DNA of 56,006 nt, taken from positions 1 to 56,006 of the forward strand of contig JAPYPT010000003.1 of assembly GCA_029937535.1 (NCBI GenBank), read 5' to 3'. The stretch comes from Alphaproteobacteria bacterium. GTDB taxonomy: Bacteria; Pseudomonadota; Alphaproteobacteria; GCA-2731375. Below are positions 16,762 to 27,007 of this stretch, piece by piece. The notes under the pieces are model-generated. The model worked only from the letters and a program-made list of their open reading frames with translations, was not told where the DNA came from and did no database searches. The translations under genes were made by a program, and so were the position numbers. The first letter of the stretch is position 1. Each line of letters begins with the position of its first letter.

Positions 16762-18207
16762 CTATAGCTCCTGCAAAAGATCGCCCCGGGCCCAAGTGGC
16801 GTGGAAACCCTCGGGCACACGGACCGGCAGGACCAGCTTGCAAACCGGACCAGCGCCGAAGTTCCGGGCGTCGATAATATGGACTTCCGATTGTTGTGCC
16901 GCGCCATTGCGGACGAAGGATATGACATAGCCATGGTCCTCGGCGGTGGCATCGTCGGCGGGTGCGAAGGGCGCCTCGCTGTAGGTATAGCCCTCTCCCT
17001 CGGAATAGTATTCCGAGGCGCCGGTATCCAGGTTGAACTTGATCAGGCCGGGGAAATTGATCACCGGGTGGTGATTGATCTTGGCGCAATAGGCATATTT
17101 CATATGCGTGCCCATGGCGGAATTATTCCAGGTCGGAAATTCCCCGTTCCATTTATCGTCCAGCATGCCCTCCTTGGTGGCGCCGGTCTTTAGGTTGGCG
17201 GACCAGAAATACAGGCGCGCGTCCAGGCCGTGGCGGCCCATGATCGTGGTGATGGAGGATAGGTCGGGATTACCTTGTGCGTCATGGTGCGGGTGAATGC
17301 GGCAACCGGTCATGTGCAGCCAGTCACCGTCCTCCCAGGCATTGATGGTATGCAGGATGTAGCAGGGTTCGAACTCGTACCAGCGGATCTCATCCGCCGC
17401 GCCGTGCCGGGGGATGACGCCGAAACGGGTGGGCCAGGTATCCTCGAACTTCAGCTTCACGCGGCCGTTTCGGTAGGCCTCCTCGTCCCAGATCAGGGGC
17501 AGGTCGTGGAGGATGGTATGTTTGCGGCTGATCCACATATCGTGGGGCATGCGGGGGCCGGGCAGCTCCACCGGCGTGAAGGCGGTCAACCCGCCCGCGC
17601 TGTCGAGCACGCCTTGATGCATGTAGGGAAAATCGCGGTTGTAGTCGAAAAAGACGAAATCGCCGGTGCTTTCATCGGTCTTGCAATGGGCCGAGATCTT
17701 CGTTGTCCGCTGGCCGTTGAAGTCCGCTTGCCCCAAGGCATCAAGGGTGAGGGGATCCACCAGGTAGGGATCGCCGGCGATGTACCAGGTGGCGACCAGC
17801 TTGCCCGCATGCATGACGACATCCGTGTTCGCGGTGTCTTTCAGGGGCATCTCCGGCCGATCCGCCCGGCGTGGGTCCAACATGCCGCCCCAAAGGGCCG
17901 TGCGGGCGGTGGTCTCTTCCCTGAAGCAGTCGGTCTGGATCCATTTGTTCCGGTACGTCGCCCGGCCGTCCTTGAAATGCACGCCGTGCAGCATGCCGTC
18001 GCCGTCATAGCGGTGATATTTCCCCAAGGGCCGATGCTGGTTGTTCGGGCCGTTGCGCACATAGACGCCATTCAGATCGGTGGGCATCTCGCCAATCACC
18101 GTCATCTCCTCGAAGGCCACGACCCGTTCCTCCTGGATCGGGGCATAGTTGCCTTCAAGGTATTTGTTGACCGGATAGATCGGTTTGCGTTTGGCCGTGC
18201 CGTTCAT
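16762..18207 (-). CDS. Carotenoid oxygenase (RPE65/CCO/lignostilbene dioxygenase) family protein
   Basis: GVYVRNGPN and DGDGMLH; all four Fe-ligand histidines present (SAHCK, PHDM, LHTINAWE, GFHATW). Confidence 0.92.
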   Translation of the reverse strand: MNGTAKRKPIYPVNKYLEGNYAPIQEERVVAFEEMTVIGEMPTDLNGVYVRNGPNNQHRPLGKYHRYDGDGMLHGVHFKDGRATYRNKWIQTDCFREETTARTALWGGMLDPRRADRPEMPLKDTANTDVVMHAGKLVATWYIAGDPYLVDPLTLDALGQADFNGQRTTKISAHCKTDESTGDFVFFDYNRDFPYMHQGVLDSAGGLTAFTPVELPGPRMPHDMWISRKHTILHDLPLIWDEEAYRNGRVKLKFEDTWPTRFGVIPRHGAADEIRWYEFEPCYILHTINAWEDGDWLHMTGCRIHPHHDAQGNPDLSSITTIMGRHGLDARLYFWSANLKTGATKEGMLDDKWNGEFPTWNNSAMGTHMKYAYCAKINHHPVINFPGLIKFNLDTGASEYYSEGEGYTYSEAPFAPADDATAEDHGYVISFVRNGAAQQSEVHIIDARNFGAGPVCKLVLPVRVPEGFHATWARGDLLQEL

Positions 18208-18313
18208 TTTCCGAACCCTTTACATCCCTACGCACATTTGCGAGGCCGTGGTTTGCGTTGACCGGGCGTCAGTCTATACTCGGTCTCACGGCAATGGGAG
18301 CGGAGAAACCACC

Positions 18314-19999
18314 ATGACAGATCAAATCATGCCCACCTACCGGGCTTTGGCGCATGACGTCAAAAATTTGGGCATCGATTGTGTATTCGGTCTGATGAGC
18401 GATGATACGGCCATGTTCGCGACCGAGCTTGATGTCATCGGCGTGGATTTTCACGGCGCGCGGCACGAGAACAGCGCCGTCGCCATGGCGGAAGGTTATG
18501 CCGCGACCACGGGCCGGTTGGGCATCGCCATCATCGGTCGGGGCCCCGCCGCCGCCAATGGACTGCATGCGACCGTCATGGCCGGGCGCACGGGCTCAAG
18601 GGTCCTGATCATTTATGGCGAGGCGCCGGTGGGCGGGGGCGCGATCAATACCATCGGCCCCGATTACAAGGAATTCAATTCCCGCGGCGTGATGACCGCG
18701 GCCGGGCTGCAGGCCTTTTTCCCAACCTCGCCGCGGGGCGCCCGCGCCGCCCTGGCCGATGCCGTTCGGGCGGCCATGGGGGGGCATGCCGTCACCCTGC
18801 ATCTGCCGACCGATGTGCAGTTATCGGATATTTCAATCAATCCCAATGATCCCGCCCCGGTCTTGCCGGAGCCCTTGGCCCCGGCCCCGGCGCGGCCCCA
18901 AACCGTGGCCATGGTGGCGGACCTGCTGGCCAACAGCCAGCGCCCCTTGATTATGGCCGGCCAGGGCGCCCATTACGCGGGCGCCGGGCCGGTGCTCGAG
19001 GCGTTGGCGGAGAAGACCGGCGCTCTGCTCGCCACCTCGGCCCGCGGCAAGGATATGTTTCGCTCCAACCCCAATAACCTGGGCATCATCGGTTCCTTTT
19101 CCCATTCCCTGGCCCGGCGGTATGTTGAACAGGCCGATTGCGTGCTGGTTTTCGGCGCCGGTTTGAATTTTCTGACCATGAGTTTTGGCGCCTCCCTGCC
19201 CGCCGTGCCGCTGATCCATGTGGACCGGGCGCGCGGCAGCATAGGGCGCTGGACCGAAGCCGACGTAGCCGTGGTCGGCGATGCCAGGTTGGTGGCGGAG
19301 CAGATATTGGCGGCGGTGGCGGACCGGACAGAAAGCGAAAAGCCGTTTCACGATGCGGCCATACGCCAAGACATCGCGGCCTTTGATATCGCCCAGGACT
19401 TTCAACCCGCCCATACCGCGCGGACCGTCGATCCGCGTTCCCTTGGTCTGGAGCTGGACCGCCTGTTGCCGGCCAATCGCAACCTGGTTTATGACGCCGG
19501 CAACTTCCTCGGCGTCGTGCCCTATCTTTCGGCGCCTGGACCCGGTCATTTCAAGCTGACCAACGAGTTCGCCTCCATCGGTCTTGGTTTCGGCACCGCC
19601 CTGGGCGTTGCCAAGGCCCGGCCGGACGCCACCACGGTGCTGTTCATCGGCGACGGCGGTTTTGTCATGACCATGAGCGAACTTGAAACGGCGGCGCGGG
19701 AAGACCTGCCGTTGGTGGTTATCGTGATGAATGATTGCGCTTATGGCGCCGAATTGCATCTACTGAGGGCGCATCAGCAACCCGTGGCGAAATCTCTGTT
19801 TCCCGACGTTGATTTTGCCCCCATCGCGGCCGCTTTTGGCTTCGAGGTGGCGACCATACGCTCATTGGATGATTTGGCCGCGGCGGCGGAGATGCTGCGG
19901 GATCCTTCCGGCCCGGTTTTTCTTGATTGCAAAATCAATGCCGAAATCGCCGCCCCCTTCATGGGTGAATTCGCCGAATTTGAAAACCGCAATCGCTAG
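18314..19999 (+). CDS. Thiamine diphosphate-dependent enzyme (acetolactate-synthase-like superfamily)
   Basis: Catalytic Glu in ARHENSAVAMAEGY; ThDP motif GDGGF...MNDCAYG; GGAG RBS before ATG 18314. Confidence 0.9.
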   Translation: MTDQIMPTYRALAHDVKNLGIDCVFGLMSDDTAMFATELDVIGVDFHGARHENSAVAMAEGYAATTGRLGIAIIGRGPAAANGLHATVMAGRTGSRVLIIYGEAPVGGGAINTIGPDYKEFNSRGVMTAAGLQAFFPTSPRGARAALADAVRAAMGGHAVTLHLPTDVQLSDISINPNDPAPVLPEPLAPAPARPQTVAMVADLLANSQRPLIMAGQGAHYAGAGPVLEALAEKTGALLATSARGKDMFRSNPNNLGIIGSFSHSLARRYVEQADCVLVFGAGLNFLTMSFGASLPAVPLIHVDRARGSIGRWTEADVAVVGDARLVAEQILAAVADRTESEKPFHDAAIRQDIAAFDIAQDFQPAHTARTVDPRSLGLELDRLLPANRNLVYDAGNFLGVVPYLSAPGPGHFKLTNEFASIGLGFGTALGVAKARPDATTVLFIGDGGFVMTMSELETAAREDLPLVVIVMNDCAYGAELHLLRAHQQPVAKSLFPDVDFAPIAAAFGFEVATIRSLDDLAAAAEMLRDPSGPVFLDCKINAEIAAPFMGEFAEFENRNR

Positions 20000-20301
20000 C
20001 AGAATAGCGCCGCGCCGAACCGGCGTACAAACTCTGCGAATAATTGCTGGCGAAATCCGGCATGAGCTGAATTTTTTGTCATAAATTTATTACGTTGCGA
20101 TTCCCGGCATACCAGCCAGGCCATAAATTTTGCCTGGATTTCTAGAATTTCACATAAGTATTTGCAATCAGTAGCTTATTTCTTGCCAAAACTATTTTTG
20201 GAATGCGTCTAATTCTAATTCCATTATGAATTTTCTTATGTTATAAATAAGTTACATTAAGATTATTGCCTGAGTAGATTTCTTTGTAAAGAGGATTTGG
20301 C

Positions 20302-21186
20302 ATGGCCCATTTAGACACCATTGAAGCGCAACAGGCCGGACGGCGCTTTATCAAGCGGGCCATGAAGGCGCCCTTGTTGGAGCGGGAGCACGAGCGGGAC
20401 TTGGCCCGCCGTTGGCGCGATCAACAAGATGAGGCCGCGTTGCATGAACTGGTCAACGCCTATGTTCGTCTGGTGGTGGCGACGGCGGCGCGGTTCCGGA
20501 ATTATAGTTTACCCATGGGCGATCTGATCCAGGAGGGCACGGTCGGCCTGATGCAGGCCGCCGAGCGCTTCGATCCGGAACGCGAGGTACGTTTTTCCAC
20601 TTACGCCAGCTGGTGGATCAGGGCCGCGATCCAGGATTACATATTGCGTAATTGGTCCATTGTGCGGACCGGCACCACGGCGGCGCAGAAAACGCTGTTC
20701 TTTAATATCCGGCGATTGCGGGCTCAGTTGGCGGACCGCCCCGACGGGCCGTTGAACGCCAAGGGCCATACCAAGATCGCCGATGCCTTAAAGGTTCCCG
20801 TCGCCGATGTCCGCGCCATGGAAGGCCGTCTGTCAGGCGCCGACCGCTCCCTGAACGCCGTTATCAACGGTGATGGCGAGAGCGAATGGCAAGATCTATT
20901 GGTTGACGAACGGCCGGGACCCGAAGAGATCGTCCGCAGTCAATTCGATTCAAACACCCGCGCCAAATGGTTGAACGAGGCTGTGTCTCAGTTGAATGAC
21001 CGGGAGCAAATCATCATCCGCCAGCGCCGCCTACGCGAAACCGGCATGACCCTGGAATCGTTGGGACGCGAACTCGGCATATCGAAGGAACGGGTGCGGC
21101 AAATTGAATGCCAGGCGCTGGTCAAGCTCCGCGCCACGCTGTGGGAACGCGGCGGCGATCCTGGAGATATTGGGCTCTATGGATGA
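20302..21186 (+). CDS. rpoH: RNA polymerase sigma-32 family factor (RpoH2-like)
   Basis: DLIQEG, FDPEREVRFSTYASWWIRAAIQDYILRNWSIV, RpoH box TTAAQKTLFFNIRR and region 4 GISKERVRQIE. Confidence 0.9.
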   Translation: MAHLDTIEAQQAGRRFIKRAMKAPLLEREHERDLARRWRDQQDEAALHELVNAYVRLVVATAARFRNYSLPMGDLIQEGTVGLMQAAERFDPEREVRFSTYASWWIRAAIQDYILRNWSIVRTGTTAAQKTLFFNIRRLRAQLADRPDGPLNAKGHTKIADALKVPVADVRAMEGRLSGADRSLNAVINGDGESEWQDLLVDERPGPEEIVRSQFDSNTRAKWLNEAVSQLNDREQIIIRQRRLRETGMTLESLGRELGISKERVRQIECQALVKLRATLWERGGDPGDIGLYG

Positions 21187-21246
21187 TTTGCGGTCGGCGC
21201 TTGTTGTCCGCGACATGGCCTGACCCGGCCGCGCCAAAAATCTGGT

Positions 21247-21291
21247 AATTCCCGCAATTCCCACAATTCCCGCAATTCCCGCAATTCCAGT
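21247..21291. repeat. 9-bp tandem repeat (AATTCCCGC x about 5) between rpoH and glnE
   Basis: aattcccgc aattcccac aattcccgc aattcccgc aattccagt. Confidence 0.85.
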
Positions 21292-21361
21292 TGTCGCGGA
21301 CAAATTGTGACGGCTATTATGGCGGGTGAACTCCCAGATCGTTTTGGTGCGTGGCGCTTTC

Positions 21362-24343
21362 ATGTCGAGACCGGGCTTTCCCTATCCGGAAGATTTTACC
21401 GCGACGGCCCATGACGAGGCCCGGGCCGCCGCTGTTCTGAGTGAACTTCGCCAAGCAGGCGATGGAGCCGACGGCACGGATACACAGCCGCTGGCGGCGG
21501 TCCCGTGGGACGATCCCACCGCAACCGGCCTGCTACGCGCGGTCTTTGGCAACAGTCCGTTCCTGGGGCGGGTGGCGCAAGCAGACCCGGATTTTCTGCC
21601 CCGGCTTTTTCGCAACGATCCGGCGCAAAATCTCTCCGACATCCTAACCGCGCTGGACTTGGCATTGGCTGATGCCGGCGAGATGAACCAGGCAATGGCG
21701 CACCTGCGTTTGGCCCGGCGACGGGTGGCGATCCTGGTGGCCATTGCCGATATCTCCGGCGCCTGGGATTTGGAACGGGTCACGGATGCGCTATCGCGGT
21801 TCGCGGACAAGGCGGTCGGAGGCGCCGTGCGCTGGCTGCTAGGCGATGCGGCACGGCGTGGCGACCTGGATCTGGCGGATGAACGGCGGCCGGAGCGTGG
21901 TTCGGGCCTGGTGGTGCTGGGCATGGGCAAGCTGGGCGCCAACGAGCTGAATTATTCCTCCGACGTGGACCTGATCGCACTCTACGACGACGAGGCCACG
22001 CCCTATGTGGGCAAGCGCACGGCTCAGGACTGTTTCATCCGACTGATCCGCGACCTGGTCAAAATGCTGCAGCTGCCCACCCGGGACGGCTATGTCCTGC
22101 GCACCGATTTACGCCTGCGCCCCGATCCCGGCGTCACCCCGGTTGTCGTGGCCATGGGCGCGGCGGAGCAATATTACGAAAGCCTGGGGCAAAACTGGGA
22201 ACGCGCCGCCATGATCAAGGCGCGCCCGGTCGCGGGCGACCTCGATGCCGGCGCCCGGTTTCTCGAGCGCTTGCAGCCTTTCATCTGGCGCCGCAATCTG
22301 GATTATGCCGCGATTGCCGATATCCACTCCATCATGCGCAAGATCCACAGCCACGAAGGCGATGGCGACGTCGCGGTCGAGGGCCACAATATCAAGCTGG
22401 GCCGTGGCGGCATTCGGGATATCGAGTTTTTCGCCCAGACCCAACAGCTAATCGCCGGCGGACGGGAACCCGGCTTGCGCCTTGCCGCCACCGTGGCGGC
22501 CTTGAACGCCCTGGCCACGGGCGGCTGGATCGACGGTATCGCCGCGGCGGAACTCACCGAGGCGTATGAATTTTTGCGTCAATTGGAACATCGCCTGCAA
22601 ATGGTGGCCGACGAACAGACCCAAACCATGCCCAAGACGGCATCCGGCGTGGACCACATCGCCGCCTTCATGGGTTATGCGCAAGCGGCGGATTTTCGGG
22701 CCGAGTTGCTGCGCCATCTGGGCCGGGTGCGTCATCATCATGGCCTTTTGTTCGATGCCGCGCCGGACCGCCTGGGCGATGGCAACATGATCTTCACCGG
22801 TACGGACGACGACCCCGATACCCTGGAGATGCTGACCGGCATGGGGTTCGAAGCCGCCCAGGGCGCCTCCCAGACGGTACGGAACTGGCATCACGGCCGT
22901 TACCGCGCCATGCGCTCGGTCCGGGCGCGGGAGTTGTTGACCGCGCTGACGCCGGCCTTGCTGCAGGCCTTTGCCGATACCGCCTCTCCCAACGCCACCC
23001 TGGGCCGCTTCGACCGCTTTCTATCCAACCTGCCCACCGGCGTGCAGCTTTTTTCCATGCTGAAGGCGCGGCCGCAATTGTTGAAGCTACTGGCCGAGAT
23101 CATGGGCAGCGCGCCGCGCCTGGCCAATTATCTGGCGGAAAATTCCACCGTCGTCGACGCCATGATCAGCGCCGAATTCCTTGCCGCGCCGCCGACTTTA
23201 CGGACCTTGCAAGCCGAATTCGGGGCGGCGATGGACACGGCTGTCGATTTTCAGGATGTCCTGGATTTGACCCGGCGCCATGTCAAGGAGCGCAAATTCC
23301 AAATCGGCGTGCAAATTCTGGGCGCGACCATCGATGCCGACCGTTCCGGCGCCGGCTATGCCGATCTGGCGGAGGCCGCCCTGGCGTCCCTGCTGCCCCA
23401 GGTCAGCGCCGCCTTCGCCGAACAGGAGCGTCACGGCGTCATAGCGGGTGGCGCCATGGTCATTCTGGCCATGGGCAAGCTGGGCAGCCGCGAATTGACC
23501 GCGGAATCCGATCTGGACCTGATTTTTGTCTACGATTATCCCGACCCCGACGCGGTCTCGGATGGTCAGCGGTCCCTGCCGGCACAGCAGTATTTTTCCC
23601 GTCTGAGCCAACGTCTGATTAACGCCATGACCGTGCCCACGGCCGAGGGTAAATTGTATGAAGTGGACATGCGGTTGCGCCCCTCGGGCAATTCGGGACC
23701 GGTGGCGACCCGCTTTGACGGCTTTGGCGACTATCAGCGCAACGAGGCCTGGACCTGGGAACACATGGCCCTGACACGGGCCCGGGTCATCGCGGGCCAG
23801 GAAGATTTGGTGGACCGGGTGCGTGGCACCATCGGGTCGGTTTTGCGCCAGCCCCGCGAGCGAGAGGCGATCGCGGGGGATGTGATGGCCATGCGGCAAC
23901 GGCTGGTCAAGCAGGCGGGGGCCGCCAATAGCAATCCGTGGGAGTTAAAAATGGTCCGTGGCGGGCTGTTGGATATCGAATTTATCGCGCAGTTTCTACA
24001 ACTCCTGCACGGCGGGGCGGGAGACGGCGAAGCCGGAGGTCCGTTGCATCCCAATACCTGTACGGCGCTGTCCAGGCTGGCCCGGGCCGGTTATCTGAGC
24101 CGGGAGCGGGCAGATGAACTAATTTCCGCATCGGGGCTGTATCGTGACCTGATGGCATTGTTCCGGGTTGCGGTGAGTGGCGATTTTGATCCGTCCACGG
24201 CGCCGCGGGGCCTGGTAAAGGCCATGCTGGGGGTCACCGAAACAGCCAGTCTGGAACAATTGGAAGCGCGTTTGCGGGCAACACAGGCCGGCATCCATGT
24301 GGCTTTTCAAGAGATTGTCGAAGGGGCGGCGAAAGCTGTGTAA
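21362..24343 (+). CDS. glnE: Bifunctional glutamine synthetase adenylyltransferase/deadenylase
   Basis: Two nucleotidyltransferase domains (GMGKLGANELNYSSDVDL and AMGKLGSRELTAESDLDL), DLRLRP/DMRLRP, WERAAMIKAR and WEHMALTRAR. Confidence 0.95.
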   Translation: MSRPGFPYPEDFTATAHDEARAAAVLSELRQAGDGADGTDTQPLAAVPWDDPTATGLLRAVFGNSPFLGRVAQADPDFLPRLFRNDPAQNLSDILTALDLALADAGEMNQAMAHLRLARRRVAILVAIADISGAWDLERVTDALSRFADKAVGGAVRWLLGDAARRGDLDLADERRPERGSGLVVLGMGKLGANELNYSSDVDLIALYDDEATPYVGKRTAQDCFIRLIRDLVKMLQLPTRDGYVLRTDLRLRPDPGVTPVVVAMGAAEQYYESLGQNWERAAMIKARPVAGDLDAGARFLERLQPFIWRRNLDYAAIADIHSIMRKIHSHEGDGDVAVEGHNIKLGRGGIRDIEFFAQTQQLIAGGREPGLRLAATVAALNALATGGWIDGIAAAELTEAYEFLRQLEHRLQMVADEQTQTMPKTASGVDHIAAFMGYAQAADFRAELLRHLGRVRHHHGLLFDAAPDRLGDGNMIFTGTDDDPDTLEMLTGMGFEAAQGASQTVRNWHHGRYRAMRSVRARELLTALTPALLQAFADTASPNATLGRFDRFLSNLPTGVQLFSMLKARPQLLKLLAEIMGSAPRLANYLAENSTVVDAMISAEFLAAPPTLRTLQAEFGAAMDTAVDFQDVLDLTRRHVKERKFQIGVQILGATIDADRSGAGYADLAEAALASLLPQVSAAFAEQERHGVIAGGAMVILAMGKLGSRELTAESDLDLIFVYDYPDPDAVSDGQRSLPAQQYFSRLSQRLINAMTVPTAEGKLYEVDMRLRPSGNSGPVATRFDGFGDYQRNEAWTWEHMALTRARVIAGQEDLVDRVRGTIGSVLRQPREREAIAGDVMAMRQRLVKQAGAANSNPWELKMVRGGLLDIEFIAQFLQLLHGGAGDGEAGGPLHPNTCTALSRLARAGYLSRERADELISASGLYRDLMALFRVAVSGDFDPSTAPRGLVKAMLGVTETASLEQLEARLRATQAGIHVAFQEIVEGAAKAV

Positions 24344-24383
24344 CATGGGGCCACAAAAGGCTGAAATGCTGGAGGCTGATCGC

Positions 24384-25568
24384 ATGGAAGAGAATTTAGG
24401 CGCCTATATCACACACGACGCCGTGGCCCTGGCGCCAACGGGTGACGGTCCCTTGTCGGGCCTCAACTTTGCGGTCAAGGATCTCTATGACATCGCCGGA
24501 CACACAACGGGTGCGGGCAGTCCCGACTGGCTGGCCAGCCACGGCCCGGCAAAAACCACCGCCTCCGCCGTAACCAAGCTGTTGGCGGCGGGCGCGCGCA
24601 TGGTGGCCAAGGCGCAGACCGACGAAATGGCATTTTCCATTACCGGGCAGAACGCCCACTACGGCACGCCGGTAAACGCCAATGCGCCCGGGCGTATTCC
24701 CGGTGGATCGTCATCGGGTTCGGCGGCGGCGGTGGCGGGCGGTTTGGTGGATTTCGCCCTGGGCTCGGATACCGGGGGGTCGGTGCGCATGCCGGCTGGT
24801 TTTTGCGGCATTCATGGCATCCGCACGACCCAGGACCGCATCCCCGTCGACGGCGTACATCCCCTGGCGCCCTGTTTCGACACCATCGGCTGGTTCGCCC
24901 GTGGCGGCGCGTTGATGGAGGCCGTGGGGCAGGTTCTGCTGCCTGATTTCGCAACCGGCGCCAAGCCAACAAGGCTGCTGGTTGCGCGCGACTGCTTCGC
25001 GTTACTGCCGGAACGGGCGGCAAATGCACTGGCGGACGCGGTTGACCGTGTCGCCGGACATTTCGACCGCCGGGAGGATGTACGGGTCAACAACAGCGGC
25101 GGAGCGACAGACGGCCCCGACCAATGGATGCCCCATTTCCGCAACCTGCAAATGACTGACATTTGGCGCAGCCACGGCGCCTGGATCGAACAGACGAAGC
25201 CGGCTTTTGGCCCCGGCGTCGTGGATCGTTTTGCCATGAGCGCCACCATCACGGCCCCAGCGGCGGCGGCAAGCAGTCAGGTGCGCGACCGGGTCCGCCA
25301 GCGTATGGCAGCCCTGCTGGAGGGTCATGCCGTGCTGTGTCTGCCAACCGCGCCCGGCATTGCCCCCCTGCGCGAGACGCCGGAGTCGGAGTTAGATGAT
25401 TTTCGCTGGCGCAGCATGGGCCTGACCTGCGTGGCCGGCCTGTCCGGTTGCCCGCAGATCAGCCTGCCCCTGGCCAGTCTGGAAAATTGCCCCCTGGGTT
25501 TGTCCCTGATGGCGGCGCGGGGTGGTGATGAAACCCTGTTGCGCTTGGCGGCGGCGATCGCACCCTAG
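24384..25568 (+). CDS. Amidase-signature family amidase
   Basis: FAVKD (Lys), GGSSSGS and GSDTGGSVRMPA; GGAGG RBS before ATG 24384; the stop TAG is also the first bases of the repeat element. Confidence 0.92.
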   Translation: MEENLGAYITHDAVALAPTGDGPLSGLNFAVKDLYDIAGHTTGAGSPDWLASHGPAKTTASAVTKLLAAGARMVAKAQTDEMAFSITGQNAHYGTPVNANAPGRIPGGSSSGSAAAVAGGLVDFALGSDTGGSVRMPAGFCGIHGIRTTQDRIPVDGVHPLAPCFDTIGWFARGGALMEAVGQVLLPDFATGAKPTRLLVARDCFALLPERAANALADAVDRVAGHFDRREDVRVNNSGGATDGPDQWMPHFRNLQMTDIWRSHGAWIEQTKPAFGPGVVDRFAMSATITAPAAAASSQVRDRVRQRMAALLEGHAVLCLPTAPGIAPLRETPESELDDFRWRSMGLTCVAGLSGCPQISLPLASLENCPLGLSLMAARGGDETLLRLAAAIAP

Positions 25569-25669
25569 AGCATGTCCTCTTTAAACATGCCCGGATTCTT
25601 AGGAAAAGAGCAGTTTTTCCAATCACTTAGAATCACTTCGTGATTCACATTGGATTGGAACTGCTCTAC
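25565..25669 (+). mobile_element. MITE/RIME-like double-hairpin element, subtype 2 (copy C)
   Basis: CTAGAGCATGT...ACATGCCCGGATTCTTAGGAAAAGAGCAGTTTTTCCAATCACTTAGAATCACTTCGTGATTCACATTGGATTGGAACTGCTCTA. Confidence 0.85.
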
Positions 25670-25678
25670 TACGGAACC

Positions 25679-27007
25679 ATGGCAGCATCAGATGGCATTG
25701 TCACACCAGCACTAACCCGTCCCGCAATGGGCCAGGTACGGGTACGCACCCTGTTGTCGATTCGTTGGCTGGCGATCGCGGGCCAAATGGCGACGCTGCT
25801 GGTGGTCGATGCCTTTCTGGATTTTGAATTGCCCATGATCCCGGCCATGGTGACCATCGGCGCCTCGGCGGTCGTGAATGTCTGGATCATTGCCCGGCAT
25901 CGGTTAAGCGACTGGCACCACGACCGGGCCGCCGCCGGATACCTGGCCTTTGATATCGCACAGCTGGCGGCCTTGCTGTATCTCACGGGCGGTCTGGACA
26001 ATCCCTTTGCCTTGCTGTTTTTGGTGCCGGTAACAATTTCCGCCACCATCCTCAGCCTGCGCAGCACGATCTATCTGGCTCTGTTGGCATTGATCTGTGT
26101 CAGCCTGTTGGCAATCCTGCATCTTCCGCTGCCCTGGCCGGAACCGGGTTTCCGCTTGCCACCGCTATATGCGGCGGCGATCTGGCTATCCCTGGTGTTA
26201 GGGACTGTGTTTCTGATGTTTTATGCCTGGCGGGTGGCGGAGGAAGCCCGGCGCATGTCCGATGCCCTGGCCGCCACCCAGGAAACCCTGTCAAGGGAGC
26301 AGGAAATGTCGGCCCTGGGCAGCCTGGCGGCGGCCGCGGCGCACGAATTGGGCACCCCCTTGGGCACCATCGCGCTGATTGCGAAGGAATTGCTGCACGA
26401 TCAGCCGGCGGGCGGTGAGATCCATACGGATCTGGAGGTTCTGAACGGCGAGGTCGCGCGCTGCCGGGAGATTTTGGCCGGTCTGGCCCGCAACCCATCC
26501 GCCGGCGCCGATCCGGCGGTCTCGCGCATGGCCTTCGATGTTCTGATCAAAGATGCGGCGCGGCAATACGGTGATGACGAAATCTCGGTGCAGGTGTCGG
26601 CAAAGGCCGTGACCACCGCGCCACAGGTAAACCGCAGCCCGGAACTGATCCAAGGTCTGGGCAATTTGATCGAAAACGCCACGGACTTCGCCGTCAGTCG
26701 GGTTGATCTGGAATTTAATTGGGATGAGGCGCTGGTTGAACTATCGATCGGAGACGATGGCCCCGGCTTTTCGCCCAATATTCTTGGCCTGCTGGGCGAT
26801 CCATACATCTCCACCCGGCCTGATTCCGGCCGCATGGGCCTGGGCGTCTTTATATCCAAAACCTTGCTGGAACGTACCGGAGCCAGCCTGCATTTTTTCA
26901 ACCGCAAGCAGGGCCAGGGCGCAACGGTTGTCATTCGCTGGCCAAGGCACATAATAGACCTTGCCGAAGACCAATCCATGGGGAGCACGGAAAATGACGG
27001 CGGATAA
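25679..27007 (+). CDS. regB: RegB/PrrB/ActS redox sensor histidine kinase
   Basis: Quinone-binding GGLDNPF, H-box AAAAAHELGTPL, redox Cys in ARCREIL and GMGLGVFI. Confidence 0.93.
   Translation: MAASDGIVTPALTRPAMGQVRVRTLLSIRWLAIAGQMATLLVVDAFLDFELPMIPAMVTIGASAVVNVWIIARHRLSDWHHDRAAAGYLAFDIAQLAALLYLTGGLDNPFALLFLVPVTISATILSLRSTIYLALLALICVSLLAILHLPLPWPEPGFRLPPLYAAAIWLSLVLGTVFLMFYAWRVAEEARRMSDALAATQETLSREQEMSALGSLAAAAAHELGTPLGTIALIAKELLHDQPAGGEIHTDLEVLNGEVARCREILAGLARNPSAGADPAVSRMAFDVLIKDAARQYGDDEISVQVSAKAVTTAPQVNRSPELIQGLGNLIENATDFAVSRVDLEFNWDEALVELSIGDDGPGFSPNILGLLGDPYISTRPDSGRMGLGVFISKTLLERTGASLHFFNRKQGQGATVVIRWPRHIIDLAEDQSMGSTENDGG

Noticed and set aside
15722-17089. 455-aa minus-strand alternative-frame ORF, and the many other Arg/Pro/Gly-rich ORFs in the track
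   Set aside because: They overlap well-supported genes in other frames and have low-complexity GC-shadow composition
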